From: the human T2T-CHM13v2.0 reference genome, Homo sapiens
DNA length: 64,000 bases
Strand: one strand, 5' to 3'
Assembly (NCBI RefSeq): GCF_009914755.1
Contig: NC_060935.1
In this document: positions 42,246 to 55,770 of the stretch, one piece after another
Numbering within the stretch: the stretch's first letter is position 1
Layout: every line of letters begins with the position of its first letter
The notes under the pieces: model-generated
What the model was told of the DNA's origin: nothing
The model's database searches: none
The model's input: the letters and a program-made list of their open reading frames with translations, nothing else
Made by a program: the position numbers and the translations under genes

Positions 42246-43169
42246 TTAAAACTTCACTGATACTCAAGCCCAGATCCTCTATGTCCCCAACTGCTTGCTG
42301 CTTTTCTCTTTTTCAGAGGACAGATCAGCAAATTTCAAGCTAAAAGCAAATTTCAACCTGGTAATAACCTGCCAGTTATTCTTACTGACAGGGATATGTG
42401 CTCTCTATAAGTAAACGTCTTAAAGCTCTTTTTACTTAGCTCATTTTAGGCTATGGTGATTTTCAAATTTCTAACTTTTTGTTTACACAGACAAGTAAAG
42501 GTAGTGATGTGATGGTAGAGACAACATTCTGCAGCCTTAAAACAAAAACTGCAGGACTGTGTATGGTGACTTTGGCTGCTCTCTTTGAAAAGGTCAGTTA
42601 AATAACATTTACTCTGCTAGCTTTGAGATGATTCTTGAAATTGACATGGTACTAAGATAAAGGAAAAAGATTCATTCAACTTCCTATTACATGCAGACAC
42701 ATACTCAAATATGTATCTTATCAAAACATATCATGCCAAAATATGCATAATCTGTTTTCAACACAAATATATTGTGCACATCTTTCCTTAAACAAATAAA
42801 ACATTATCTTCACATATTTGAAGAGTAAATTTCTTAATTTCAGTTGTAAGAGGATAGTCATTTAAATTCACACTATTTTACTACTAGTGCTACCTTATAT
42901 TTTATCTCACAATAAAATTGTTAGAAAGTGTTTGAGAACACTTGACATGAATCGATCCTGCCAGAATTGTAATTTTTCTGTTTTTAGCCAATTGTGTCTC
43001 CAAATCCAATATTAGTACAAAATAATGTCATCGCTTCCTTCAGAAATGGTTTCATGGAATTAAAGTGCAGTACTAGAGCATTGGTTTTTATAGATGGCAA
43101 AGAGGGAAAACTGTTTCTGAATGGAAATCAGTAGAAGGAATGAGGCTGAATGGAATTCCAGATTCTGGA

Positions 43170-44138
43170 TTTAAATATTCAATTGCCTGTTTGACAACTC
43201 TATTTGAATTTCGAATCTGTGTATCAAATTTACTATGTCCAAAACTGAACTCTTGTTCTCCCTTCCCCACTAAACCTGTCTTCTCTATGTCAATAAATGG
43301 CAATTCCAATCCCTCTGTAATTCAAACCAAAACACCAGCGTTTTTTGTTTTGTTTTGACTCTCTTTTTGTCTTGTACCCCATAAAGTCAGCAAATCTTCT
43401 TGATACTTCTTTAAAACTCTGTTTAGGTTCAGTTCACTACTTGCCATCTCTACTGCTACCATCCTGCTCTAGTCCACTCTCTATTAACTAGAGTATTCCA
43501 AGAGACTTCTAACTGGTTGGTCTTACTATGTTCCTGCCATTTTCAAATCAGCAGCCAGAATGGTCATGTTAAAATATAGATCAGATCTCATTCATCTTTT
43601 GTTTAAAACTTTCCAATTTCTCCTATTCTTAGACCAAAAGAATAAACCTGTACAATATCCTTCAATGCTGTCCCTTCACTCCCTAGAGGCAGCCATCCCA
43701 TTCTGCCTCTGCGCACTCAACTCAGCCACACTGGCTTCATTGCTGCTCAACCAACATACTAGGCATGATCCCACCTCAGCGACTTTGTACTAGTTTCCGG
43801 TGCTTTACAGCTTTCTCTTCACATATTTGCATGGCTTGCTGTCTAACAACTATTTACCACTGTGTCAGTGGCCGGTCTATTAAAAATTGTGTCATTCTTC
43901 TCTCCACCATCAATAATTTCCTTTTTCTTTTGGGCTTCTGTCACCATCTAAAATGTCTTATATTTTATTTATTTGTAGTGCCATTTTCTGTACACTCAAA
44001 AAAAAATACGGTCTATAAGGGCAGGGAGTATTGCTTGTTTTGCGATTCATGCATTTCTCAGACTAGGAAAATGCCTGGCATATTGCAGATTGTCCATGAT
44101 TATTTGTTGAATGAATGAATGAATGAATGAATAAATGA
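43170..44138 (+). mobile_element. L2 (L2a-like) 3' part
   Basis: tgtccaaaactgaactc, cagcagccagaatg, tgcctggcata; terminal (TGAA)n tail. Confidence 0.85.
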
Positions 44139-44436
44139 AAGATTCTCCATCAATCTGTAACTTCATTTCTGTAGTTCTTCCCATCTGTTTAAATAGAAAT
44201 TGTGTTTCTTTTCCTACTTCTAAACAAATAACCAGAATTCGATTTTGAATGTATTAATTTAATCTCATACTTCCTTTGTTAGATTTTTAAAAAGCAAAAC
44301 AGATTTGAGATTCTGTCTATGAAATCTGTAAGATATGGATTTTTTATGTTAATTCTATAATAGGATTTATGTAATTCCATTTTATTTTAGGTTGTCTTTA
44401 TATAGAGAATTAAATAGAATAATTAATTATCAGTTC

Positions 44437-45095
44437 TTTTTTCAATTTTGAAAGCTTTAGGTGTACAAGTGATTGTTGGTTACCTGGATGAATTGTATAG
44501 AAGGGAAATCTGAGATTTTAGTGCACTCATCTCCAGAGTAGTATACATTGTACCCGATATGTAATTTTTTATATCTCACCCACCTCCCACCCACCCTTTT
44601 CAGAGTCTACAATGTTTGTTATACCATTCTGTATGCCTTTGCATACCCATAACTTAGCTCCCAATTATAAGTGAGAACAGATGGTATTTGCTTTTCCAAT
44701 CCTGTGTTACTTCACTTAGAATAGTGGCCTGCAGCTCTATCCAAGTTGCTGCAAAAGACATTATCTTTTTCTTTTTTATGGCTGAGTAGTATTTTATGGT
44801 GTGTATATATACACACTTTCTTTATCTACTCATCACGTGATAGGCAATAAGGTTGGTTCCATATCTTTGTAACTGTGAATTGTGCTGCAGTAAACATACA
44901 TGTACAGATGTCTTTTTCATATAATGACCTATTTTCTGTTGGATAGATACCCAGTAGTGACATTGCTAGATCAAATGGTAGATCTATTTTTAGTTCTTTG
45001 AGAAATCTTCACACTATTTTCCACAGAGATTGTACTAATTTTCATTCCCACCAACAGTGTATAAGCATTGCATTTTCACCACATCCATACCAATA
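44437..45095 (-). mobile_element. L1PB 3' end (host element, part 1)
   Basis: gtacaagtgattgttggttacctggatgaattgtatag...tctgagattttagtgcac is an L1PB-type 3'UTR. Confidence 0.85.
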
Positions 45096-45102
45096 TTTTT
45101 AA

Positions 45103-46243
45103 AATTATTTTATTATTTTTAAATTCCAGGGTACATGTGCAGGAGGTGCAGGTTTGTTACATAGGTAAACATGTGCCATGGTGGTTTGCTGTATCTAATA
45201 ACCAATGACCGAGGTAGTAAGCTCAGCATGCATCAGCTTTTTCCCTAATGCTTTCCCCTCTCCTGCCCTCCCTGACAGGCCCCAATAAGTGTTGTTCCCC
45301 TCCATGCATCCATATGTTCAGCTCCCACTTATAAGTAACAACATGTGGTGTTTGATTTTCTGTTTCTGCATTAGTTTGCTGAGGATAATGACTTCCAGCT
45401 TCATCCATGTCCTTGCAAAGGACATGATCTCATTCCTTTTTATGGCTGCATAGTATTCCATGGTGTATATGTACCACATTTTCTTTATCTAGTCTATCAT
45501 TGATGGGCATTTGGGTTGGTTCTAAGTCTTTACTATTGTGAATAGTGCTGCAATGAACATACATGTACATGTATCTTTATAATACAATGATTTATATTCC
45601 TTTGAGTATATACCCAGTAATGGAAATGCTGGGTCAAATAATATTTCCTGTTATAAGTCTTTGAGGAATCACCAGAGTAGCTTCCACAATGGTTGAACTA
45701 ATTTACATTCCCACCAACAGTGTAAAAGCATTCCTATTTCTCCATAACCTTGCCAGCATCTGTTGTTTCTTGACTTTTTAATAATTGCCATTCTGAGTGG
45801 TGTGAGATGGTATCTCATTGTGGCTTTGATTTGCATTTATCTAATGATCATTGATGTTGAGCTTTTTTCATATGTTTGTTGGCAGCATGTATGTCTTTTT
45901 TTGAGAAGTGTCTGTTCATATACTTTGCCCAATTTTTAATGGGGTTGTTTTTTTTTTCTTGTAAATTTGTTTAAGTTCCTTGTAGACTCTGGATATTAGA
46001 CCTTTGTCAGATGGATAGATTGCAAAAATTTTCTCCCATTCTATAGGTTGTCTGTTCACTCTGATATTTTGTTTCTTTTGCAGAAGGTCTTTAGTTTAAT
46101 TAGATCCCATTTGTCAATTTTTGCTTTTGTTGCAATTGATTTTTGTGATTTCATGACAAAATATTCACCCATGCCTATGCCCTGAATGATATTGCCTAGA
46201 TTTTCTTCTAGGGTCTTTAAATTTGTGGGTTTTATATTTAAGT
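45103..46243 (-). mobile_element. L1PA8-11-like 3' 1.1 kb
   Basis: Second L1 3' end (gggtacatgtgcaggaggtgcaggtttgttacataggtaaac) plus ORF2 C-terminal region. Confidence 0.85.
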
Positions 46244-49236
46244 TGTTGCCATTGCTTTTGGTGTTTTAGTCATGAAGTCCTTGTCCATGTCTATGTCCTG
46301 AATGGTATTGCCTAGGTTTTCTTCTAGGGTTTTTATGGTGTTAGGTCTTACATTTAAGTCTTTAATCCATCTTGAGTTAATTTTTGTATACGGTGTAAGG
46401 AAGGGGATCTGGTTTCAGCTTTCTGCATATGGCTAGCCCATTCTCCCAGCACCATTTATTAAATAGGGAGTCCTTTCCCCATTGCTTGTTTTTGTCAGGT
46501 TTGCCAAATATCAGACGGTTGTAGATGTGTGGTGGTATTTCTGAGGCCTCTGTTCTGTTCCATTGGTCTATATATCTGTTTCGGTACCAGTACCATGCTG
46601 TTTTGTTTACTCTAGCCTTGTAGAATAGTTTGAAGTCAGGTAGCGTGATGCCTCCAGCTTTGTTCTTTTTGCTTAGGATTGTCTTGGCAATGCAGGCTCT
46701 TTTTTGGTTCCATATGAAATTTAAAGTAGCTTTTTCCAATTCTGTGAAGAAACTCATTGGTAGCTTGAGGGGGATAGCGTTGAATCTGTAAATTACCTTG
46801 GGCAGTATGGCCATTTTCACAACATTGATTCTTCCTATCCATGAGCATGGAATGTTCTTTCATTTGTTTATGTCCTCTTTGATTTCGTTGAGCAGAGGTT
46901 TGTAGTTCTCCTTGAAGAGGTCTTTCACATCCCTTCTAAGTTGGATTCCTAAGTATTTTATTCTCTTTGTAGTAATTGTGAATAGGAGTTCACTCATGAT
47001 TTGGCTATTATTGGTGTATAGGAATGCTTGTGATTTTTGCACATTGGTTTTCTATCCTGAGACTTTGCTGAAGTTACTTATCATATTAAGGGGATTTTGG
47101 ACTGAGATGATGGTGTTTTCTAAATATACAACCATATCATCTGCAAACAGAGACAATTTGACTTCCTCTTTTCCTAATCGAATGCCCTTTATTCCTTTTT
47201 CTTGCCTGATTGCCTTGGCCAGAACATCCAACACTATGTTGAATAAGAGTGATGAGAGGGGGCATCTTTGCCTTGTGTTGGTTTTCAAAGGGAATGCTTC
47301 CAATTTTTGCCCATTCAGTATGATATTGGCTGTGAGTTTGTTATAAATAGCTCTTATTATTTTGAGATACATTCCATCAATACGTAAGTTATTGAGAGTT
47401 TTTAGCATGAAGGGCTGTTGAATTTTGTCAAAGGCCTTTTCTGCGTCTATTGAGATAATCATGTGATCTTTTGTCATTGGTTCTGTTTATGTGATGGATT
47501 ACGTTTATTGATTTGCATATGTTGAGCCAGCCTTGCATCCCAGGGATGAAGCCTACTTGATTGTGGTGGATAAGCTTTTTGATGTGCTGCTGGATTCAGT
47601 TTGCCAGTATTTTATTGAGGATTTTTGCATGGATGTTCATCGGGGATATTGGCTTAAAATTCTCTTTTTTTGTGTGTGTCTCTACTAGGCTTTGGTATCA
47701 GGATGATGCTAGCCTCATAAAATGAGTTAGGGAGGATTCCATTTTTCTTCTATTGATTGAAAAAGTTTCAGAAGGAATGGAACCAGCCCCTCTTTATACC
47801 TCTGGTAGAATTCGGCTGTGAATCCGTCTGGTCCTGGACTTTTTTTGGTGGGTAGGCTATTAATTATTGCCTCAATTTCAGAACCTGTTATTGGTCTATT
47901 CAGGGATTCAACTTCTTCCTGGTTTAGTCTTGGGAGAGTGTATATGTCCAGGAATTTATCCATTTCTTCTAGATTTTCTACGGTATTTGTATAGAGGTGT
48001 TTATAGTATTCTCTAATGCTGGTTTGTATTTCTGTGGGATGGGTGGTGATATCCCCTTTATCAATTTTTATTGAGTCTATTTGATTCTTCTCACTTTTCT
48101 TCTTTATTAGTCTTGCTAGAGGTCTATCTATTTTGTTGATCTTTGCAAAAAACCAGCTCCTGGATTCATTGATTTTTTTGAAGGGTTTTTTTTCTGTCTC
48201 TATCTCCTTGAGTTCTGCTCTGATCTTAGTTATTTCTTGTCTTCTGCTAGCTTTTGAATGTGTTTGCTCTTGCTTCTCTAGTTCTTTTAATTGTGTTGTT
48301 AGGGTGTTGACTTTAGATATCTCCTGCTTTCTCTTGTGGGCATTTAGTGCTATAAATTTCCCTCTACACATTGCTTTAAATGTGTCCCAGAGATTCTGGT
48401 CTGTTGTGTCTTTGTTCTCATTGGTTTCAAAGAACATCTTTATTTCTGCCTTCATTCCATTATTTACCCAGTAGTCATTCAGGAGCAGATTGTTTAGTTT
48501 CCATGTAGTTGTGCAGTTTTGAGTGAGATTCCTACTCCTGAGTTCTAACTTGATTGCATTGTGGTCTGAGAGACAGTTGGTTGTGAGTTTTCTTCTTTTA
48601 CATCTGAGGAGTGTTTAACTACCAATTTTGTCATCAATTTTGGAATAAATGTGGTGCTGAGAAGAGTGTATATTCTGTTGATTTGGGGTGGAGGGTTCTG
48701 TAGATGTCTATTATGTCTGCTTGGTCCAGAGCTGAGTTCAAGTCCTGGATATCCTTGTTAACTTTGTCTCGTTGAGCTGTGTAATAGTGACAGTGGGGTG
48801 TTAAAGTCTCCCATTATTATTATGTGGGATTCTAAGTCTCTTTGTAGGTCTCTAAGGACTTGCTTTATGAATCTGGATGCTCCTGTATTGGGTGCATATA
48901 TATTTAGGACAGTTAGCTCTTCTTGTTGAATTGAATCCTTTACCATTATGTAAAGGCCTCTTTGTCTCTTTTGATCTTTGTTCCTTTAAAGTCTGTTTTA
49001 TCAGAGACTAGTATTACAACCCTTGCTTTTTTTTGCTTTCCATTTGCTTGGTAAATCTTCCTCCATTCCTTTATTTTGAGCCTATGTGCGTCTTTGCACA
49101 TGAGATGGGTCTCCTGAATACAGCACACTGATGGGTCTTGACTCTTTATCCAATTTGGCAGTCTGTGTCTCTTAATTGGGGCATTTAGCCCATTTACATT
49201 TAAGGTTAATATTATGTGTGAATTTGATCCCGTCAT
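46244..49236 (-). pseudogene. Disrupted L1 ORF2 (endonuclease + reverse transcriptase)
   Basis: MTGSNSHI..LNVNGLNAPIKR (EN), [15 protein letters not shown] (Z), SIDAEKAFD and LFADDM (RT), split over at least 6 ORFs by frameshifts or stops. Confidence 0.93.
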
Positions 49237-49296
49237 TGTGTTAGCTGGTTATTTTGCCTGTTAATTGATGCAGTTTCTTCCTATCATCGATGGTCT

Positions 49297-50313
49297 TTAC
49301 AATTTGGCATGTTTTTGGAGTGGCTGGTACTGGTTGTTCCCTTCCATGTTTAGTGCTTCCTTCATGAACTCTTGTAAGGCAGGCCTGGTGGTGACAAAGT
49401 CTCTCAGCATTTGCTTGTCTGTAAAGGATTTTATTTCTCCTTATGAAGCTTAGTTTGGCTGGATATGAGATTCTGGGTTGAAAATTCTTTTCTTTAAGAA
49501 TGTTGAATACTGGACCCCACTCTCTTCTGACTTGCAGAGTTTCTGCAGAGAGATCCGCTGTTAGTCTGATGGGCTTCCCTTTGTGGGTAACCCGACCTTT
49601 CTCTCTGGCTGCCCTTAACATTTTTTCCTTCATTTCAACCTTGGTGAATCTGACAATTATGTGTCTTGGGGTTGTTCTTGAGGAGTATCTTTGTAGTGTT
49701 CTCTGTATTTCCTGAATTTAAATGTTGGTCTACCTTGCTAGGTTGGGGAAGTTCTCCTGGATAATATCCTGAAGAGCGTTTTCTAAGTTGGTTCCATTCT
49801 CCCCGTCACTTTTCAGTACACCAATAAGGGTATATTTGGTCTTTTCACATAGTCCCATATTTTTTGAAGGTTTTGTTCATTTCTTTCACTTTTTTCTCTA
49901 GTCTCACTTTATTTCTCACTTTATTTCATTAATTTGATCTTCAATCACTGATATCCTTTCTTCCACTTGATTGAATAGGCTATTGAAGCTTGTGCATGCA
50001 TCATGTAGTTCTCATGCCATGTTTTTCAGCTCCATCAGGTCATTTAAGGTCTTCTCTACACTGTTATTCTAGTTAGCTATTCTTCTAACCTTTTTTCAAG
50101 GTTTTTAGCTTCGTTGCCATGGGTCAGAACATGCTCCTTTAGCTTGGAGAAGTTTGTTATTACCCACCTTCTGAAGCCTACTTCTGTCAACTTGTCAAAC
50201 TCATTCTCCATCCAGTTTTGTTCCCTTGCTGGTGAGGAGCTGTGGTCCTTTGGAGGAGAAGAGGCACTCTGTTTTTTGGAATTGTCAGCTTTTCTGCTCT
50301 GGTTTCTCCCCAT
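49297..50313 (-). pseudogene. Disrupted L1 ORF1
   Basis: MGRNQSRKA...NWMENEFD and MKEKMLRAAREKGRVTHKGKPIRLTADLSAETLQ...FQPRISYPAKLSF fragments. Confidence 0.9.
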
Positions 50314-50894
50314 CTTTGTGGTTTTATCTACCTTTGGTCTTTGATGTTGGTGACCTACAGATGGGGTTTTTGTGTGGACGTCTTTTTTGTTGATGTTGAT
50401 GCTATCCCTTTCTGTTTTCATTTTCCTTCTGACATACCCCTCCGTGCAGGTCTGTTGGAGTTTGCTGGAGGTCCACTCCAGACCCTGTTTGCCTGAGTAT
50501 CACCAGTGGAGGCTGCAGAACAGCAAATTTTGCTGCCTGATGCTTCCTCTGGAAGCTTCTTCCCAGAGGGACACCCGCCTGTTTGAGGTATCTGTCAGCC
50601 CCTACTGGGAGGTATTTCCCAGTCAGGCTACACAGGGGTCAGAGACCTGCTTGAGGACGCAGTCTGTCTGTTCTCGGAACTTGAACGCCATGCTGAGAGA
50701 ACCACTGCTCTCTTCAGAGCTGTCAGACAGGGATGTTTAATTCTGCAGAAGCTGTCTGCTGCCTTTTCAGCTATGCCCTGCCCCCAGAGGTGGAATCTAT
50801 AGAGGCAGTAGGCCTTGCTGAACTGCAGTGGGCTCTGCCCAGTTCATGCTTTCTGGCCTCTTTGTTTACACTGTGAGCTACTCAAGCCTCATCA

Positions 50895-51230
50895 ATGGTG
50901 GACAACCCTCCCACTGCCAAGCTCCAGCATCCCAGGTTGATCTCAGACTGCTGTGTTAGCAGTGAGCAAGGCTCCGTGGGCGTGGGACCCACTGAGCCAG
51001 GCACGGGAGGGTATCTCCTGGTCTGCCGGTTGCTAAGACTGTGGGAAAAGTGCAGTATTTGGTCAGGAGCATACCGTTTCTCCAGGTACAGTTTGTCACG
51101 GCTTGCCTTGGCTACTTGGCTAGGAAAGGGAAATCCCCCGACCCCTTGTGCTTCCCAGGTAAGGCGATGCCCCACCCTACTTCAGCTCACCTTCCGTGGG
51201 CTGCACCTACTGTCCAACCAGTCCCAATGA
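50895..51230 (+). CDS. L1 ORF0 homologue (antisense ORF in the L1 5'UTR), open, 111 aa
   Basis: ATG start; LISDCC..S..SVGVGP.EPG.G..L.V.R.L...EK..I..G..RFSR aligns with recalled L1HS ORF0. Expression not shown. Confidence 0.5.
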   Translation: MVDNPPTAKLQHPRLISDCCVSSEQGSVGVGPTEPGTGGYLLVCRLLRLWEKCSIWSGAYRFSRYSLSRLALATWLGKGNPPTPCASQVRRCPTLLQLTFRGLHLLSNQSQ

Positions 51231-51320
51231 GACGAACCAGGTATCTGAGTTGGAAATGCAGAAATCACCCGTCTTCCGTGTCGATCTCGCTGGGAGCTGC
51301 CGACCAAAGCTGTTCCTATT

Positions 51321-51331
51321 CGGCCATCTTG
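51321..51331 (-). promoter_or_regulatory. YY1 site at the L1 5' end (CAAGATGGCCG)
   Basis: cggccatcttg on the + strand, about 12 bp inside the L1 5' end; canonical position. Confidence 0.75.
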
Positions 51332-51342
51332 GAAGCGACCCC

Positions 51343-54300
51343 ATATCCCAGAGGTTTTGATAACTTGTTTCACTCTTAACATCCATTTCAAAGAAGTTTT
51401 AAATTTCCATCATGATTTCATTGTTACCCAAAAGTCATTTAGGAGCAGATTGTTTAATTTTCATGTATTTGTGTACTTTTGGGGTTCCTGTAGGACTTGA
51501 TGCCTAGTTTTATTCCACTGTGGTCTAAGAAGATAGTTGATAGGATTTCAGTTTTTAAAAATTTATTGAGACTTGTTTTGTGGCCCATTATATGGTCTAT
51601 CTTGGAGAATGTTCCATGTGCTGATGAGAAGAATGTGTATTCTGCAGTTCTCTAAGAATGTTCTGTAAATATTTGTTAGGTCCATTTCTTTTAGAGTATA
51701 ATTTCATTTTCTCTTTGTTGACTTTGTCTTAATCTGTCTAGTGCAGTAAGTGGAGTTTTGAAGTCCTCCACTATTATGGTTTTGCTGTCTATCTCTTTTC
51801 TTAGGTCTAGTAGTAATTGTTTAACGAATCCAGAGTTCCTTGCATATATATTTAGGATTGTAATGTCTTCTTGCTGGATTGATCATTTTATCATTTTATA
51901 ATGACCTTATTTGTCTTTACTGTTGTTGCTTTAAAGTCTGTTTTATCTGATAGAAGAATAGCTACTTCTGCTTGTTTTGGTTTTCATTATTTTCTACTTC
52001 TTAACTTTGAGTCTATAAGGACCCTTATATGTTAGGTGTGTCTCTTGAAGATGCAGATATTTGATTTGTGATTTAAAAAAATTCATTCTGTCAATCTGTG
52101 TCTTATAGGTGGAGCATTTAGACCAATTACATTTAAAATTAATATTGAGACGTGAGGTACTGTTTCAGTCATTATGTTGATTGCTAACTATTTTGTTTAA
52201 CTCACTATGTTACTGTTTTATAGAACTGGTGAGTTTTATACTTCCAAGTGGTTCTACTCTGGTGCATATTGATCTTTTGTTTCAAGATTTAGATCTCCTT
52301 TAAGCATTTCATCTGGGGCTGGTCTGTTACTGGCAAATTCCCTCAGCATTTGCTTGTCTGAAAAATAATTTACTTCTCCTTCATTTATGAAACAATTTTG
52401 CCAGATACAAAATTCTTGGCTGACATTTTTTTTTCTGTTTAAGGATGCTAAAGATAAAGATAGGACCCCAATCCTTTCTGGATTGTAAGGCTTCTGATGA
52501 GAAATCTGCTGCTAGTCTGAAACGTTTTCCTTTGTAGGTTATCTGATGCTTTTGTCTCACTTGTCTTAGAATTCTTTCCTTCATGTTAACTTTAGATGCA
52601 ATGAATATATGCCTTGGTGATGTCCTTTTTGCAATGAATCTCTCAGGAGTTCTTTGAGCTTCTTGTATTTGAATATCTAGATTTCTAGCAAGGCCACGGA
52701 AGCTTTCCTCAGATAAATTTTCCAAATATTTGCTGTTTCTTTTAACTCAGTTATAGCAGTTATTCTTAGGTTTGGCCATTTTACCTAATCGTATATTTTT
52801 GGAGACTTTGTGTATATTTTACTTCTTTTTTAAAATTTTTGTTTGAGTTAATTTGAATGCCTTGTCTTTGAGCTCTGAAAGTATTTATTCTACTTGGCCT
52901 AATCTATTTTTAAAACTGTCTACTGCATCTAGTAATTACCCAAATGTGTCTTTCATTTCTAGAAGTTCTGATTTTTTTTAATATCTATCTCTTTAGAAAA
53001 TTTTTCATTCATATACTGAATTTTTTTTTTAATCTCTTTGTTGGTTTTCACTTGTGAGTAACTTAAAAATCAACCTTTTGAATTCTTTATCTGGTACTTC
53101 AAAGATTTCCTCTTGGTTTGGATTGCTTGCTGGAGAGCTAGGGTGATATTTTGGGGAGTGTTACAGAACATTGTTTCTTTCATATTTCCAGAAATATTTT
53201 TGTGATTTCTTCTCATTTGGGTGGACTATTCGAATTATTTTTAATTTTATATTTGATTCAACTGTACTTTTAAATTTAATTCCTTTTGATGATATGACTT
53301 TAATGTTTATAGTTAATTGTAACCTAATTCAGCACTGGGTACTTTCAGGGGTGAAGACTGTGTATGTTTTTTACAGTTATAGAGAGTCTCCTTATAATGG
53401 CTTTCTTAGATGCTGTTTATAGTTGCAATGTGCTTGGTGTGTATGCAGTTTCAACTGTGTGTCCTGTGGGGTTGGAATGGCAAAGGTCTCATTAAGGTTA
53501 TCTCTTTTTCCAATGATGTGCACTTTTTTCTTTATTTTTCCTTCAGTATTTTATTCACTAGGTTTAACAGTTTAGACTTCAGTCCAGTAGGAGTGTCCAC
53601 GGGTAAAAGCCAGCTGTAGCTAAAGCAGGTTGGTAAATGTAATAGCCATTGGTGGGTAGATGTCCCAGCCTTGACAGAGGCAGCTGGAGGAATATCAGTG
53701 GAAGAGAGGGAGCCACCTCAGCTCACCCCGCCAGATCAGCAGGAAAGCAATTTGCCTCCCAGTCACACTCCTGACTTAGTGTTCTAGCTATTTAGATCAG
53801 ACAGAAACCTTTTTTCATCTGGAGGAATGCTATTATTTCATTATAGAGGGATTGTGACTCTACCCTTCATGCAAGCCAGAACTTTGAGGGCACTCCTTCT
53901 GTGGGAATGTAGTCACCCTGAAGTGTTCCAGAAAGGCTGTCTACAGGTGCACCTATGCGAAGCTCCCATGGAAGAAGCCCCAGCTTTTTCTGCAGTGGTG
54001 GTCAAGGGGAAGAAGTCCCCTTCTCCAAGGCCCTTGACAGAGTGAGGCTGCCTGATAATTGTTGTAAAGCCACATATTTTCCCCACTGAGCTCAGCACTG
54101 CACCTGTGCCTCTCAAATTTCCTACGACTGGAACATTCTGGGACTCAAGGCTTGCCATCTGGATTATTTTGTTTCACAGGATGTTTCCTTGTTGTGATGT
54201 ACTTCCCCATCCCCTAGGAGTAGGAGTACCTGAGGGCCAGACTACTGATATTCATGCTGCTTTTCTGGGTCTAGCTGCCCAGTAAGGCTGCCACACTCCA

Positions 54301-55770
54301 GGCTGGTGATGGGGGAATGTCTGTAAGGGACCCAGTGATGTGACCTGTCTTCAAGTCTCCCAGCAGAGGATAACAAGCTTGATACACCAAGAGGATATCA
54401 GAGCTCTGAGCTCTGATAGGGGTGACAGGGCAGTGACACAGACTCTGATATTTACTTTGTTATAAATAGCCTTATTGTGTTGGCTTTCTCAAATGTCATT
54501 TGTAGTAGTTATAAACTGGTATAACATGGACAAACTCAGGACCTCCTGTTTAGTCTGGGTGATGCAGACAATGGTGATAGCTGAGGTCATGCACATGTTT
54601 TCTCCTTTCTGGGTGTTGTGTTATTCTGTCTACGGATACTGTAAAGGACTGCATAACTTGGCCTCCAGGCATGAGGTGGTACTTGCAAAAGTTCACCAGC
54701 TGCAGTAGTAGCAGTGGGATGTGTGTTTGCCTTATGTTACCCAGGGGAAGTACTCTGGTACATTGCACAATGTGCAGGGCCATAGTGCTCCCTAAAGTTT
54801 CTGTCCTTTCTGTTAAGCTACCAGTTCAGGTGGCGGGGGCAAAGCCAGATCTGGCTCTCCAAATGAGGGGCAAGCAGCAGCCCCAGTGCTAATCAAAGGG
54901 AAGTTCTCTCGTCAGTGGAGTAATGTTCCAGGGAGGAGCACAACTGCTTCTCTTGTACAAAAGAGTCCACAGAGGGCATGGGGAGCAGCAGGTGGCAGTA
55001 AGCCCCACTCAGCTGCCACACACTTAGCAAGTCAGATCTCACATCTGCAGTGTTATACTAGCAGCAGCTAGCTAGGTTCCAGGCAGTCTGCACTCGGAAC
55101 TTGAAACTGCCCCAGCCCATAAGCCTTTCCTGCTGAGATGGAAACTGCAGCTTTCAGGACACACCCCTACCTGTCCTAGTGGGAAGTGGACTATAGGGGT
55201 TTCCTGTGACTGTAGCTATAGTGCACTTCTCATTCACCCCTCAGTTGTGGCCGAGGGGGTTCATCCCCGCTCAAGATCATATTACGAATCTCAGTTGGGA
55301 GCTTCTCTCAACCAGTGACCTCCTGTTTTAGCTGGCAAACTCGCGTAAGGTCACTTGTGAACTAGATTCAAGAATGGCTTCTTGCTATCCCTGCTGTAGT
55401 CTGGAAGTGCACACAAAGCATGACCCAATTCTGTTCCTTCTCATATACTCCCCACTGCCCACCAAATTGGCTCCAGGGCTGGGTATGGATAAGGGTTTCC
55501 CCCAAGGTTTAGATTACCAGGTTCCCCAGTGAGAGTGTATATCCCAGAGGCAGTTGCCCCACCCCCACAGGCTGGGAGTTAGTTTTCCACCTGGCTCACA
55601 GTGTAGGCTGCAGCCCACTGCTTCTATCAGAGGGTCTGTGGTTTCTTTCGGTTTTCCTGTTAAGTTCCTGGGGTGTTTCTGGAAAAACTTTGACAGCATG
55701 AGTGTCTACATACTATTTTGGTTTTTCAAGTGCGAGAGGTATGTTAAAAATGCCCTCTATCATGTTGGTT
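51343..55770 (-). mobile_element. L1PB/L1PBa 5' part (ORF2 EN region, ORF1, long 5'UTR; host element, part 2)
   Basis: ORF 52381-52725 LARNLDIQIQEAQRTP..RTSPRHI..QPRILY is L1PB ORF1-like; long GC-richer 5'UTR follows. Confidence 0.8.

Larger units (their letters stand above)
46244..51342 (-). mobile_element. L1PA7/8-like element with complete 5'UTR, lacking its own 3' end
   Basis: 5' end GGGGTCGCTTCCAAGATGGCCGAATAGGAACAGC; ORF1 and ORF2 fragments in the ORF track. Confidence 0.92.

Noticed and set aside
46377-49633. Long ORFs with endonuclease, RT and ORF1 motifs as an active or novel retroelement system
   Set aside because: Ordinary L1PA proteins broken by multiple frameshifts and stops; not retrotransposition-competent.
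53800-55770. GC-richer stretch with many short ORFs as a promoter or gene
   Set aside because: It is the L1PB 5'UTR and is CpG-depleted; not a CpG island.
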